Shown here piece by piece: positions 39,102 to 48,611 of a stretch of DNA of 64,000 nt. Location of the stretch: NCBI GenBank assembly GCA_045635645.1, contig JAZTWB010000036.1:5965-69964 (forward strand), in the 5' to 3' direction. Below the pieces are notes generated by a model, which was given only the letters and a program-made list of their open reading frames with translations, was not told where the DNA came from and made no database searches. The stretch is from Faecousia sp. GTDB taxonomy: Bacteria; Bacillota; Clostridia; Oscillospirales; Oscillospiraceae. Within the stretch, counting starts at the first letter, position 1, and each line of letters starts with the position of its first letter. The position numbers and the translations under genes were made by a program.

Positions 39102-39133
39102 AATTGTCAATTGTCCATTGTCAATTGTCAATT
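39102..39133 (-). repeat. Heptamer array E
   Basis: Minus strand AATTGAC AATTGAC AATGGAC AATTGAC AATT; contains the ruvC TGA stop. Confidence 0.9.
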
Positions 39134-39634
39134 CCTGTTGGCTTTTGCCAACAGACTGGTGCTGGAGCGGGCGTGGCACAGGGCGATGGCGATGGCATCG
39201 GCGGCATCGTCTGGCTTGGGCATTTGGGAAAGACCCAGAATCCGCTTGGTCATATCCATCACCTGATGCTTGGTGGCGTTTCCGTAGCCCACCACCGCCT
39301 GCTTTACCTGCATAGGCTTGTACTGGGCGATTTCCAGACCCGCCTGCCGGACGGCAAGCAAAATCACGCCCCGGCTCTGGGCAACGCCGATGCCGGTAGT
39401 CACGTTCTGACCGAAAAACAGCTCCTCAATGGCCACCTGATCCGGCTTTGCCACCTGCAAAAGCTCTGTCATATCGTTATAAATAATCTCCAGACGGGCG
39501 GAAAAATCCATTCCCGCCGGGGTGGTGATAGCGCCGCAGCGCAGCAGCTGAAACCGATTCCTGTCCGCCTCAATGAGTCCGAAGCCGGTAATCCCGTAGC
39601 CGGGGTCTATCCCTAAAATCCGCACACGCGCCAC
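39128..39634 (-). CDS. ruvC: Crossover junction endodeoxyribonuclease RuvC
   Basis: ILGIDPG, AIEELFF, QSRGV, VK.AVVGYG.A.K, DDAADAIAIA. Confidence 0.96.
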   Translation of the reverse strand: MARVRILGIDPGYGITGFGLIEADRNRFQLLRCGAITTPAGMDFSARLEIIYNDMTELLQVAKPDQVAIEELFFGQNVTTGIGVAQSRGVILLAVRQAGLEIAQYKPMQVKQAVVGYGNATKHQVMDMTKRILGLSQMPKPDDAADAIAIALCHARSSTSLLAKANRN

Positions 39635-39709
39635 CTCCTTTTAAGCTTATGATAGCACATTTGTTTCAATTTGCCTACTGTTTTTTGCAAAAAACCCGCC
39701 CCGGGGTTT

Positions 39710-39986
39710 GGGCAGCGCTTCATAAGGAAGTAATGCCTGCAAAAGAGCGTTTATCCCCGCCACTGTGCGTTAAAAATGCTCGAAATACACCAAGTATTTC
39801 TGCGCTTTTTGCCTTCATTGGCAGGTCTACCCGCCTTTTTCAGGTGCAAAGCAGTTTTGAAGTGGTAACTTTTTTGATTAACAAATAACAAAATCTCCGG
39901 AATGTTGACGCATTTCGGAGATTTTTTATGCAGTTAAGCGGAAAAGGGACCGTTCAAAACCAATACTTCCTTATGAAGCGCTGCCC
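39710..39986. mobile_element. MITE-like non-coding element, copy 2
   Basis: Perfect terminal inverted repeats GGGCAGCGCTTCATAAGGAAGTA / TACTTCCTTATGAAGCGCTGCCC; homologous to 20775-21049. Confidence 0.75.
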
Positions 39987-40004
39987 TGCCCGGGGCGGGT
40001 TTTA

Positions 40005-40235
40005 TCAGCCTTGCAGTGCCAGGGCGTCCTTGCGGAATGCCAAGGCTTCGTCGCCGGTGCAGTCGGTCTGCACTTTGACGGGTCGCGTGTAATCCAGACA
40101 GAACATTCCCATCAAATCCTTGCCGTTGATGGTCTGCCGGTCGTTGCCTACGCGGATATCAAAGCTCTGGCGGGCGGCCAGGGCAACAAAGGTCTTTATT
40201 TGTGCAGAAGTGGTCAATCGAATGTGAAAACTCAT
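40005..40235 (-). CDS. HPr-like phosphocarrier family protein
   Basis: IKTFV..A, INGKDLMGMFCLDYTRPV resembles the clostridial DAKSIMGIFSLDLS motif; GGAGG RBS. Confidence 0.7.
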   Translation of the reverse strand: MSFHIRLTTSAQIKTFVALAARQSFDIRVGNDRQTINGKDLMGMFCLDYTRPVKVQTDCTGDEALAFRKDALALQG

Positions 40236-40381
40236 AAAATGGCCTCCGGTGCTGTACAAATGCGAATTTTTGGAGTATAATAAGCGTGCTTGTGTATTAT
40301 ATGAGATAAACCCTCCCATTTCAATTGGGAAAAATTCAGAAAAACACTCCGTACAGAAAGAGATTATTGGTAAATCATACA

Positions 40382-41671
40382 ATGAAATTTGCATTTTATA
40401 CCCTCGGCTGCAAGGTAAATCAGTACGAAACCCAGGCGATGGCGCAACTTTTGACGGCAAAAGGACACACCTTGGGGGATTTTCACGATACCTGTGACGG
40501 CTACATTATCAATACCTGCTCGGTGACCGCCGTGGCGGACAAGAAAAACCGGGCGGTCATTCGCCGGTGCCGGCGGGAGAATCCCCACGCGGTGATCGCT
40601 GTGTGCGGCTGCTATCCCCAGCACGCGGCGGACAAGCTGCAGGACTTAGGGATAGACGTGCTGGGCGGCAGCGCCCGGCGGGCGGAGTTTGTGGAGCAGG
40701 TCATAGCGGCTGCTGCCAACAAAACCAAAGCCGCGGTGCTGGACGAGGCGCTGAAGCGCCGGCAGTTTGAAATTCTGCCCCCGGGCGGATTGGAGGGGCG
40801 CACCAGAGCGATGCTCAAGGTGCAGGACGGCTGCGTGAATTTTTGCAGCTACTGCATCATACCCTACACCCGCGGCCCTGTCCGCTCCGCGCCGATTTCG
40901 TTGGCGGTGGAGCAGGCGAAAGCGCTGGAAAAACAAGGCTATAAAGAGCTGGTGATTACCGGCATTGAGATTGCCTCCTGGGGCGTGGATTTACCGGGCA
41001 AGCCTCCGCTTACCGACCTGATTGAGGCGGTGTGCGGTGCAGTACCCCGGCTGCGGGTGCGCCTTGGCTCTTTGGAGCCGCGGATTGTGACGGAGGACTT
41101 CTGCCGCCGATTGCAGGCGCTTGAGAATCTGTGTCCGCAGTTCCACCTGTCAATGCAGTCCGGCTGCGACAGCGTCCTTGCCCGTATGAAGCGCAAGTAC
41201 GATACCGCCCGCTATTTTCAAAGCATAGAGCTTTTGCGGCAGTTTTTCCCCGGCTGCGCCGTGACCACGGATATGATTGTGGCATTTCCCGGTGAGACCG
41301 AGGAGGAGTTTGCCCGGTCTCTGGAATTTATCCAAAGGTGCGCCTTTGCGGATATGCACATCTTCCCCTACTCCCGCCGACCCGGCACACCCGCCGACAA
41401 AATGCCCGGGCAGCTGAGCAACGGGGTAAAGGAGGAGCGCAGCCGCCGCGCCATCGCTGTGGCGGAGGAAATGTCCCGCGCTTACCGGCAGAAGCTGGTA
41501 GGGTGCGCGGTTTCTGTGCTTTTCGAGGAATCCGATGGGGTATACTATACAGGTCATACCCCGGATTATATAAAGGTATATGCCCAGGGCGAGGATTTGC
41601 ACAATACCGTCCGGGACGTAATTGTCACCCGGGTGTACAAAGACGGCGTGCTGGGCAGACTGGACAAGTAA
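40382..41671 (+). CDS. mtaB: t6A37 tRNA methylthiotransferase MtaB
   Basis: TLGCKVNQYE, INTCSVT, KVQDGCVNFCSYCIIP, HLSMQSG, HIFPYSRRPGT. Confidence 0.94.
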   Translation: MKFAFYTLGCKVNQYETQAMAQLLTAKGHTLGDFHDTCDGYIINTCSVTAVADKKNRAVIRRCRRENPHAVIAVCGCYPQHAADKLQDLGIDVLGGSARRAEFVEQVIAAAANKTKAAVLDEALKRRQFEILPPGGLEGRTRAMLKVQDGCVNFCSYCIIPYTRGPVRSAPISLAVEQAKALEKQGYKELVITGIEIASWGVDLPGKPPLTDLIEAVCGAVPRLRVRLGSLEPRIVTEDFCRRLQALENLCPQFHLSMQSGCDSVLARMKRKYDTARYFQSIELLRQFFPGCAVTTDMIVAFPGETEEEFARSLEFIQRCAFADMHIFPYSRRPGTPADKMPGQLSNGVKEERSRRAIAVAEEMSRAYRQKLVGCAVSVLFEESDGVYYTGHTPDYIKVYAQGEDLHNTVRDVIVTRVYKDGVLGRLDK

Positions 41672-41726
41672 GGGAATTTATGGTATACTGTATTATCCAA
41701 AACGGACGAAACGGAGGCGTTGTCCT

Positions 41727-42830
41727 TTGAAATACTGGCGAGGATATTTAACGGCGGCGATTTTGCTGGCCTGTACCTGGGCGCTGCGTGGCTTTGTCAA
41801 GGCCCACAGCGTTCTGGTGGATATGGTTTATCCTTACGTCACCCGAATGGCGCAGGCGGTGCTGGCCAATTGGAGCAGCGGCGTGGATTTCTGTGTGTGG
41901 CAGATGCTGCTGCTGGCGCTGATTGCGCTGATTACAGCCAGCGGCGTGGCGGTGATTATACTCAAATGGAATCCCATCCGCTGGTTCGGCTGGGTGTGTA
42001 CAGTTGTGGCGGCATTGGTGTTTCTGAATACCTGTCTGTACGGGCTGAATGAATTTTCCGGCCCTCTTTCCGAGGATATCCGTCTGGAGGAGACCGATTA
42101 CACCATCTCCGAGCTGGAAAAAGCCACTGTCTACTTCCGGGACAAGGCAAACGCCCTCGCAGGACAAATCGGCCGCAAGGAAAGCGATATGGAGATTGCG
42201 GATGCGGAGCTTGCTGATTTTGAAACGCTGGCGCAGCAGGCGGTCAGCGGCTATGAGGAGCTGGTATACGGTCAGTCCTTGTCCGTGTTCGCAGGGCCGA
42301 TGGAGCCGGTGAAAAAGCTGGGCTGGGCAGGTCGTTATACCGCCCAGGGCACCACCGGCGTCACGGTGGGTCTGACCGGCGAGGCCTGTGTCAATCCCGA
42401 TACGCCGACGGTGCTGCTGCCCTTTGCGATGTGCCGGGAAATGGCCAAGCGCTCCAGTATTACCGTGGAACGGGACGCGGCCTTCGGCGCGTTCTTGGCG
42501 TGTATCAACAATGAAGAGACTGCTTTCCAATACTCCGGCTATCTGATGGCCTACCGCTACTGCTTAAAGGCGCTCCAGGAGCTGGACGTTGTGACCGGCG
42601 CAGGCGCGGCAGCGGGTGTGATTTCCGGTGAGGAAAAGCTGGTAAGCTATGATTTGCTGGGCTGCGATAAGTTCTGCGGCAAAATGTCCGATGAAGAAGC
42701 GCAGACCTGCGAGCTGCTCACCAGCTGGCACATTCAGGAGATTGTTCTGCCCAGCCAGGTGGTGGAGGACAATCTGTTCGACCCAATGGACAAAACCCAG
42801 GTGGACTTAAGTGACCACCCCAACGCATAG
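41727..42830 (+). CDS. DUF3810-like membrane protein
   Basis: Three N-terminal TMs, LYGLN, VKKL, TGEACVN, PFAMCREMAK, FQYSGYL; TTG start after GGAGG. Confidence 0.7.
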   Translation: MKYWRGYLTAAILLACTWALRGFVKAHSVLVDMVYPYVTRMAQAVLANWSSGVDFCVWQMLLLALIALITASGVAVIILKWNPIRWFGWVCTVVAALVFLNTCLYGLNEFSGPLSEDIRLEETDYTISELEKATVYFRDKANALAGQIGRKESDMEIADAELADFETLAQQAVSGYEELVYGQSLSVFAGPMEPVKKLGWAGRYTAQGTTGVTVGLTGEACVNPDTPTVLLPFAMCREMAKRSSITVERDAAFGAFLACINNEETAFQYSGYLMAYRYCLKALQELDVVTGAGAAAGVISGEEKLVSYDLLGCDKFCGKMSDEEAQTCELLTSWHIQEIVLPSQVVEDNLFDPMDKTQVDLSDHPNA

Positions 42831-42840
42831 GTAAAGTAAA

Positions 42841-43533
42841 ATGAAAGAAACACTGTCTGCGGGATTGCCCCAATTGGGCCTTTCCCTCAGTGAGGAAATA
42901 CAGTCTACCCTCTGCGCCTTCGGCGAGGCGGTGGTGGAGCAGAACAAGGTGATGAATCTGACCGCCATCACAGAGCCGGAGCAGGTGGCAAAGCTCCACC
43001 TGCTGGACAGTCTGACGCTGCTGACACTGGAGGATTTGCGGGGCAAACGGCTCATTGACGTGGGCTGCGGCGCGGGATTTCCCGGTGTGCCGCTGAAAAT
43101 TGCCTGCCCGGAAATGGAGCTGACATTGCTGGATTCCCTGGGAAAGCGAATGCAGTGGCTGGAGGGTGTGCTGCCTAAGCTGGGCGCAGAGGCGCAATGC
43201 CTCACCGCAAGAGCGGAGGAGGCGGTGCAGACCCGGCGGGAACGCTATGACGTGGCCACGGCCCGGGCGGTTGCCCGGCTGAACATTCTGCTGGAGGTGA
43301 CTGCGCCCTACGTAAAGGTAGGCGGCAAGGTGCTGGCGATGAAGGGTACTGCCGCGCCGGAGGAGCTGGCGGAAGCAAAAAACGCCATTTCCAAACTGGG
43401 TCTGGAGCTGGAGCAGGTTTCGGAATTCCCCATTGACGGCACTGCCCACCGGGTCATCGTGCTGAAAAAGGTAGCGTCTACGCCTGCAAAGTACCCCCGC
43501 CCCTACGCAAAAATCAAGAAAAATCCCCTGTAA
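42841..43533 (+). CDS. rsmG: 16S rRNA m7G527 methyltransferase
   Basis: NKVMNLTAI, HLLDS, DVGCGAGFPG, LLDSLGKR, ARAVA, TPAKYPR. Confidence 0.96.
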   Translation: MKETLSAGLPQLGLSLSEEIQSTLCAFGEAVVEQNKVMNLTAITEPEQVAKLHLLDSLTLLTLEDLRGKRLIDVGCGAGFPGVPLKIACPEMELTLLDSLGKRMQWLEGVLPKLGAEAQCLTARAEEAVQTRRERYDVATARAVARLNILLEVTAPYVKVGGKVLAMKGTAAPEELAEAKNAISKLGLELEQVSEFPIDGTAHRVIVLKKVASTPAKYPRPYAKIKKNPL

Positions 43534-43542
43534 ATATAGTTG

Positions 43543-43571
43543 CCCCGTCGGTACACCGGCGGGGTATTTTT
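43543..43571 (+). terminator. Intrinsic terminator after rsmG
   Basis: CCCCGTCGGT-AC-ACCGGCGGGG followed by TATTTTT. Confidence 0.75.
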
Positions 43572-43774
43572 ATGTTGGGAGGAAATTTTCAGAAAAAACG
43601 GGCAATACTACAAAGGAAAGGCTTCTGTACCGACAAAAACAAAGCGGCACAGAGTTTCAAAAAAATTTACACCTTGCAGTTGCGTCCGGGACAAAATTAT
43701 GCTATAATACCAAAGGTTTTTCGCGCCTTTTGGCGCGGAAAAAACGAATCCGTATATTTTAGGAGGAAACGACA

Positions 43775-45913
43775 ATGAAGAAAGCGACCAAGCTTCTGGC
43801 CCTGCTGTTGGCGGTTGTCCTGGTTTTGTCCTGCTTTGCCGGCTGTAAGCCCAAGGATCCCGTGGATGAATCGGGCAATACAGAAAAGGAAAAGGCAGAG
43901 TACACCTATCGCGACTATACCGTGAAGCTGGGTGTAAATTGGAATCCCCACACCTGGGAAACCGCTTATGACAACGCCATTATGGAATATCTGGTGACCC
44001 CCCTGGTAACACAGGCGGTTAAGGATTCCGACGAAGGCGCATTCCAGTGGGTTTACAAAGCGGCTGCTTCCATTACCGACGTGACCGCTGACCACAAAGA
44101 CGATCTGACCAAGTATAAGGTCACCCTGCCCGCCGGTCAGTCCGCCGAGCAGACCCAGGCAGGCTATGTCTTTGAAATTGCGCTCAACCCCAATATGAAG
44201 TGGCAGGACGGCACCGCCATCAATGCAGATTCCTACATTTACTCTATGAAGGCGCTGCTGGATCCTGCTATGAAGAATTACCGCGCCAACCTGTATTTTG
44301 ACGGCGAATCTGCTGTTGCCGGCGGTAACAGCTACTACAATGGCGGCAATGACAAAAATTATGACGAAACCGTAGGCTGCTACAAGGTGGATGATTATAC
44401 CATCCGCTATGTTACGCAGTCGCAGATTGACATCAACAACTTCCTGACTGCCTGTACTTCCAACTGGTTGGTTTACAAGGATCTCTATGAAAACGGCAAG
44501 GACACCTCCGGCACCCTGGTGACCACCAATTACGGTACCAGTATGGAGACCACGATGTCCTACGGCCCCTACAAGCTGACCTCTCTGCAGGACGGTAAGC
44601 AGGCGGTGTTTGCACAGAACGAAAACTACTACCAGTATGTTAAGCAGGAAGACGGCACATTGTATGCCGAGACCGACTACGAGGTAGACGGCGAGAAGGT
44701 CCGCGCTTACCAGACCACAAAGATTGTCATCGACGTGATGACTGACGAGGCCGCCGCACAGGCATTTTTGAAGGGCGAGCTGTCCAGATGGACGCCCACT
44801 GCTGACGAAATGTCCTACTACAGCACCTCTGAGCAGATACATTGGATTGACGAGACCTATACCTATTCCTTGTTCTTCAATACCGATGTGAATGCGCTGA
44901 AGGAAATGGACAGATCCAAGGGCAACCAGAACTCCGTCGTTCTGTCCAACCACAACTTCCGTCAGGCTATCTCTCTGGCCGTCGACCGTAAGGACTGGGT
45001 CACCGCCACCCCCGGCTACAAGCCTTCCATCACCCTGATGAATGACCAGTACTTCTACGACGTATACAACGACCCCAAGTCCACCTACCGGGGCACCGAT
45101 GCCGGCATGAAGGTCATCACCACGATGTACGGCGTTGACTACGGCAATGGCAAGACCTACGCCAATCTGACGGAAGCCTACGAGTCCGTCACCGGCTACA
45201 ACCTGTCCGAGGCAAAGGGTCTGATGGGTCAGGCCTGCAACGAGCTGGTGGCAGCGGGTCTGTACACCCGCGGTGAGGAAATCAAGATTCGCATCGCCTA
45301 CTCCGACGGTCCTCTGGACTCCTCCAACCACAGCCAGATTGCCAAGCTCAATCAGTATCTGAATGCTGCTGTCGAAGGCTCCGGCTTCGGTAAGATTACC
45401 CTGGAAGCCATCGGCGATATTCCCTCCCGTCAGGAGAAGGTGCCTGCAGGCGAATACGCAATCGGTTACGGCGCCTGGGGCGGCGCAGCCTTCTATCCCT
45501 TCCGGAATATGCAGCTCTACTGCGACACCGAGAAGAACAAGATTAACGAGCTGGGCTGCTGGAATCCCGCTTCCGAGACTCTGACCATCGAAATCAATGG
45601 CGGCGATGTTACCAAGACCTGGCAGGATTGGTCCCGCGCTCTGATTGGCACCGGCCCCTACGCCAATGCCACTGCGGGCGTAAAGCTGGACATCACTGCT
45701 ACTATGGAAAGAGAATTCCTGGAAAAGTACTACCGGATTCCTCTGGCAGCTTCCTGCGATGCTTTCCTGCAGTCTTTCCAGGTGCAGAACTATACCGACG
45801 AGTACAACATTATGTACGGCTTTGGCGGTATGGAGCTGATGACCTACAATTACTCTGACGCAGAGTGGGCAGCCTACGTTGAAAAAAGCGGCGGCAAGCT
45901 CAGCTACGAATAA
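43775..45913 (+). CDS. oppA: Oligopeptide ABC transporter substrate-binding lipoprotein
   Basis: Lipobox FAGC, WQDGTAINA, SYGPY, NFRQAISLAVDR; heads the opp operon. Confidence 0.88.
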   Translation: MKKATKLLALLLAVVLVLSCFAGCKPKDPVDESGNTEKEKAEYTYRDYTVKLGVNWNPHTWETAYDNAIMEYLVTPLVTQAVKDSDEGAFQWVYKAAASITDVTADHKDDLTKYKVTLPAGQSAEQTQAGYVFEIALNPNMKWQDGTAINADSYIYSMKALLDPAMKNYRANLYFDGESAVAGGNSYYNGGNDKNYDETVGCYKVDDYTIRYVTQSQIDINNFLTACTSNWLVYKDLYENGKDTSGTLVTTNYGTSMETTMSYGPYKLTSLQDGKQAVFAQNENYYQYVKQEDGTLYAETDYEVDGEKVRAYQTTKIVIDVMTDEAAAQAFLKGELSRWTPTADEMSYYSTSEQIHWIDETYTYSLFFNTDVNALKEMDRSKGNQNSVVLSNHNFRQAISLAVDRKDWVTATPGYKPSITLMNDQYFYDVYNDPKSTYRGTDAGMKVITTMYGVDYGNGKTYANLTEAYESVTGYNLSEAKGLMGQACNELVAAGLYTRGEEIKIRIAYSDGPLDSSNHSQIAKLNQYLNAAVEGSGFGKITLEAIGDIPSRQEKVPAGEYAIGYGAWGGAAFYPFRNMQLYCDTEKNKINELGCWNPASETLTIEINGGDVTKTWQDWSRALIGTGPYANATAGVKLDITATMEREFLEKYYRIPLAASCDAFLQSFQVQNYTDEYNIMYGFGGMELMTYNYSDAEWAAYVEKSGGKLSYE

Positions 45914-46072
45914 AAATTTTTGACAACCTGTGGCCAGGGGGGCACTTGCCTCCCTGGCCTGATTGCCCCTTGGGCAAGTGCCGCGGCTGATGTTTTTCAG
46001 CGCAGACTGCCGGCAGCCTGTACTGAAAAGCAGCAGAAAGCTACGCTGTATGATATAAGGAGATGCTCCTCT

Positions 46073-47038
46073 ATGAAAATGACGAAATATGTAATAAAAA
46101 GAATCCTTTTGATGCTCTTTGTGTTTTTTGTGGTTACCACAATCTGCTTTGTTCTGATTCGGCTGCTGCCCCGGGAGCTGCCCCAGGACAAGGTGCTGTC
46201 CCAGGCAATCCAGGAACGCTGGACCGCGTTGGGATACAACGAGCCGCTGCTGACCCAGTACGGCATCTACCTGCGGAACATTTTCACAAAGTTCGACTTC
46301 GGCACCTCCTGGTATATCCAGTTCCGGGAGCCGGCGCTGGATTTGTTGCTGAGCCGTCTGGCGCCCACGGTTCTGGTCAATACCTACGCCCTGCTTTTCT
46401 CCATTCCCGTGGGCATTTTGCTGGGTATCTACGCCGCCGTCAAGAAGAACAAGTGGCAGGACAGCTTAATCAGCACCGGCGTTATGATGTTTGTGTCCGT
46501 GCCCAGCTATGTCTATGCATTTTTGGTGCAGTATTTCCTGTATTCCAAGCTGAATCTGCTGCCGCTGACGGTGTATTCTCTGGCAGATGCCGGCGGAAGC
46601 TGGTTTACCGGCAAGATGTTCTATTCTATGATTCCCCCCATTCTGGCCCTGTCCTTCGGTGAGATTGCCGGTCTGTGCCGGTTTACCCGGGCGGAGCTGA
46701 CGGAGACCCTGACGTCCGACTATATGCTCCTTGCCCGGGCCAAGGGCCTAACCCGGGCGCAGGCCACTGCCCGCCATGCGCTGAAAAACGCAATGGTGCC
46801 CATTTTGCCTATGATTATCGGCTCGTTTATCAGCGTTATGAGCGGCTCAATGATTATTGAGCGTATCTTCTCCATTCCCGGTGTGGGTCAGCTGTATATC
46901 CAGTCCATCAACCAGTTCGACTACGATGTATTTATGGTGGACTGTATTTTCTACAGCTTTGTGGGACTGCTGGCGGGCATCGTGGTGGATTTGAGCTACG
47001 GCTTTATCGACCCCCGCATCAGAATGGGAGAGAAGTAA
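46073..47038 (+). CDS. oppB: Oligopeptide ABC transporter permease
   Basis: KYVIKRI, DFGTS, ARAKGL, HALKNA, IERIFSIPGVG, IDPRIR. Confidence 0.92.
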   Translation: MKMTKYVIKRILLMLFVFFVVTTICFVLIRLLPRELPQDKVLSQAIQERWTALGYNEPLLTQYGIYLRNIFTKFDFGTSWYIQFREPALDLLLSRLAPTVLVNTYALLFSIPVGILLGIYAAVKKNKWQDSLISTGVMMFVSVPSYVYAFLVQYFLYSKLNLLPLTVYSLADAGGSWFTGKMFYSMIPPILALSFGEIAGLCRFTRAELTETLTSDYMLLARAKGLTRAQATARHALKNAMVPILPMIIGSFISVMSGSMIIERIFSIPGVGQLYIQSINQFDYDVFMVDCIFYSFVGLLAGIVVDLSYGFIDPRIRMGEK

Positions 47039-47039
47039 T

Positions 47040-48608
47040 ATGCACTATGATATTCCAAAGGAAAAGTTCACCTTTGTCCATCAGGGGGAACGGATTTCCG
47101 ATAAAAAATTCGAAGACAAGCCGATTGGCTATTTCAAGGACGCGTGGATTCGCTTCCGCAAGAGCAAGGCCTCCGTGGTGGCGGCGGTTATCATTATCGC
47201 CATTGTGCTCTACTCCTTTTTGGCGCCGGTGCTTATCACCTCCCACGACGCCACCTTTATGTGCGGCACTTATGCCAAGAAACCCGGCCGGGTGACCTGG
47301 CTGCGGGATATGGGCATTGCCACCGGCGGCGTGAAGCGCAATGTCAACGAGGCAACCTATATTAAGCTGCTGGCAATGGCTGTCGGCGCCGAGGGCGCAG
47401 ACGGCAGTGTGGTCAGTTTAGGCGAGGCGCAGGACAGCGCCCACAACCCTGTTGTCAAAAATGGAGAAGCCTATACCCAAACCTCCCCCGGCGGCAAGAC
47501 CGCAAAGTATTTCCCCGTCACTGTGGACACCTATTTGGAGGTAGGCTTCCTGTATACCAGCGTGGAGCAGGCGGAGTATAAGCGAATCGCAGATTGGCAG
47601 GCGCAGACCGGTATCCAGGTGCTCTACCCTCTGGTGGACACCCGCAGCGAGTACTGCTTTGACCCGGAGGACGCCAACTACTGGTACAAGGCCAAGCAGA
47701 AGGGCGCAATGCCTGTGCGGGTAAATGACAGCGGCAAGGCAGTGACCCTGGAATATTCCCCCGAGCTGGTGCTGGAGGACAACTATAAGCGGGACGCCGA
47801 CGGCAACCCGGTTTACTACGAATACACCGGCGGCGGCAATCAGGAAACCGCCCAGTATAAAATCCGCGTACTGTACTACAACTACTATCGCTATCTTTAC
47901 GGCAGTGAGCCCAACTATCTTCTGGGTACGGACTCCCAGGGATACGATTTGGCGCTGCGGATTGCCGGCGGCATTCAGATGAGCCTGCTGGTGGCAGTCT
48001 CCGTGTCAGTCATCAACTTCCTCATCGGCGCTGCCTACGGCGCGGCGGCAGGCTACTACGGCGGCACCACCGACATCGTCCTGTGCCGAATCACCGACAT
48101 TCTCTCCGGCGTACCCTTCATTGTGGTGGCAACCTTGTTCCAGATTCACCTGTCCCAGAAGGTGGGCGCCATTCCCAGCCTGCTGTTTGCCTATGTGCTT
48201 ACCGGCTGGATTGGCACGGCAAGCCGTGTCCGCACCCAGTTCTACCGCTTTAAAAATCAGGAGTATGTGATGGCCGCCCGCACCTTAGGCGCCCGGGATC
48301 GGCGCATTATCTGGAAGCACATCTTCCCCAATACGCTGGGCACGATTATCACTTCCTCTGCGCTGGTCATTCCCAGCGTGATTCTCACGGAGAGTATGCT
48401 CTCGTTTCTGGGCATTATCAAGCTGGGCTCTGCCGGGCGCACCTCTTTGGGTACGCTATTGTCCGATGCCAGCAATATCTGGACCAATTTCCCTCACCTG
48501 ATGCTGTATCCGGCGCTGGTTATCTCATTGCTGATGATCTGCTTTAACCTGTTCGGCAACGGTCTGCGGGACGCATTCAACCCGGCACTGCGGGGCGTGG
48601 AGGATTAA
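47040..48608 (+). CDS. oppC: Oligopeptide ABC transporter permease with a large extracytoplasmic insertion
   Basis: DAWIRFRKSK, LGTDSQGYD, EYVMAARTLGA, HIFPN, GLRDAFNP. Confidence 0.92.
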   Translation: MHYDIPKEKFTFVHQGERISDKKFEDKPIGYFKDAWIRFRKSKASVVAAVIIIAIVLYSFLAPVLITSHDATFMCGTYAKKPGRVTWLRDMGIATGGVKRNVNEATYIKLLAMAVGAEGADGSVVSLGEAQDSAHNPVVKNGEAYTQTSPGGKTAKYFPVTVDTYLEVGFLYTSVEQAEYKRIADWQAQTGIQVLYPLVDTRSEYCFDPEDANYWYKAKQKGAMPVRVNDSGKAVTLEYSPELVLEDNYKRDADGNPVYYEYTGGGNQETAQYKIRVLYYNYYRYLYGSEPNYLLGTDSQGYDLALRIAGGIQMSLLVAVSVSVINFLIGAAYGAAAGYYGGTTDIVLCRITDILSGVPFIVVATLFQIHLSQKVGAIPSLLFAYVLTGWIGTASRVRTQFYRFKNQEYVMAARTLGARDRRIIWKHIFPNTLGTIITSSALVIPSVILTESMLSFLGIIKLGSAGRTSLGTLLSDASNIWTNFPHLMLYPALVISLLMICFNLFGNGLRDAFNPALRGVED

Positions 48609-48611
48609 GTT

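Noticed and set aside
33997-39133. Heptamer arrays as a CRISPR array
   Set aside because: Units are 7 bp with no spacers, the arrays are separated by whole genes, and there are no cas genes.
43697-45331. 544-aa antisense ORF over oppA
   Set aside because: Same codon-bias shadow effect; the sense gene is well supported.
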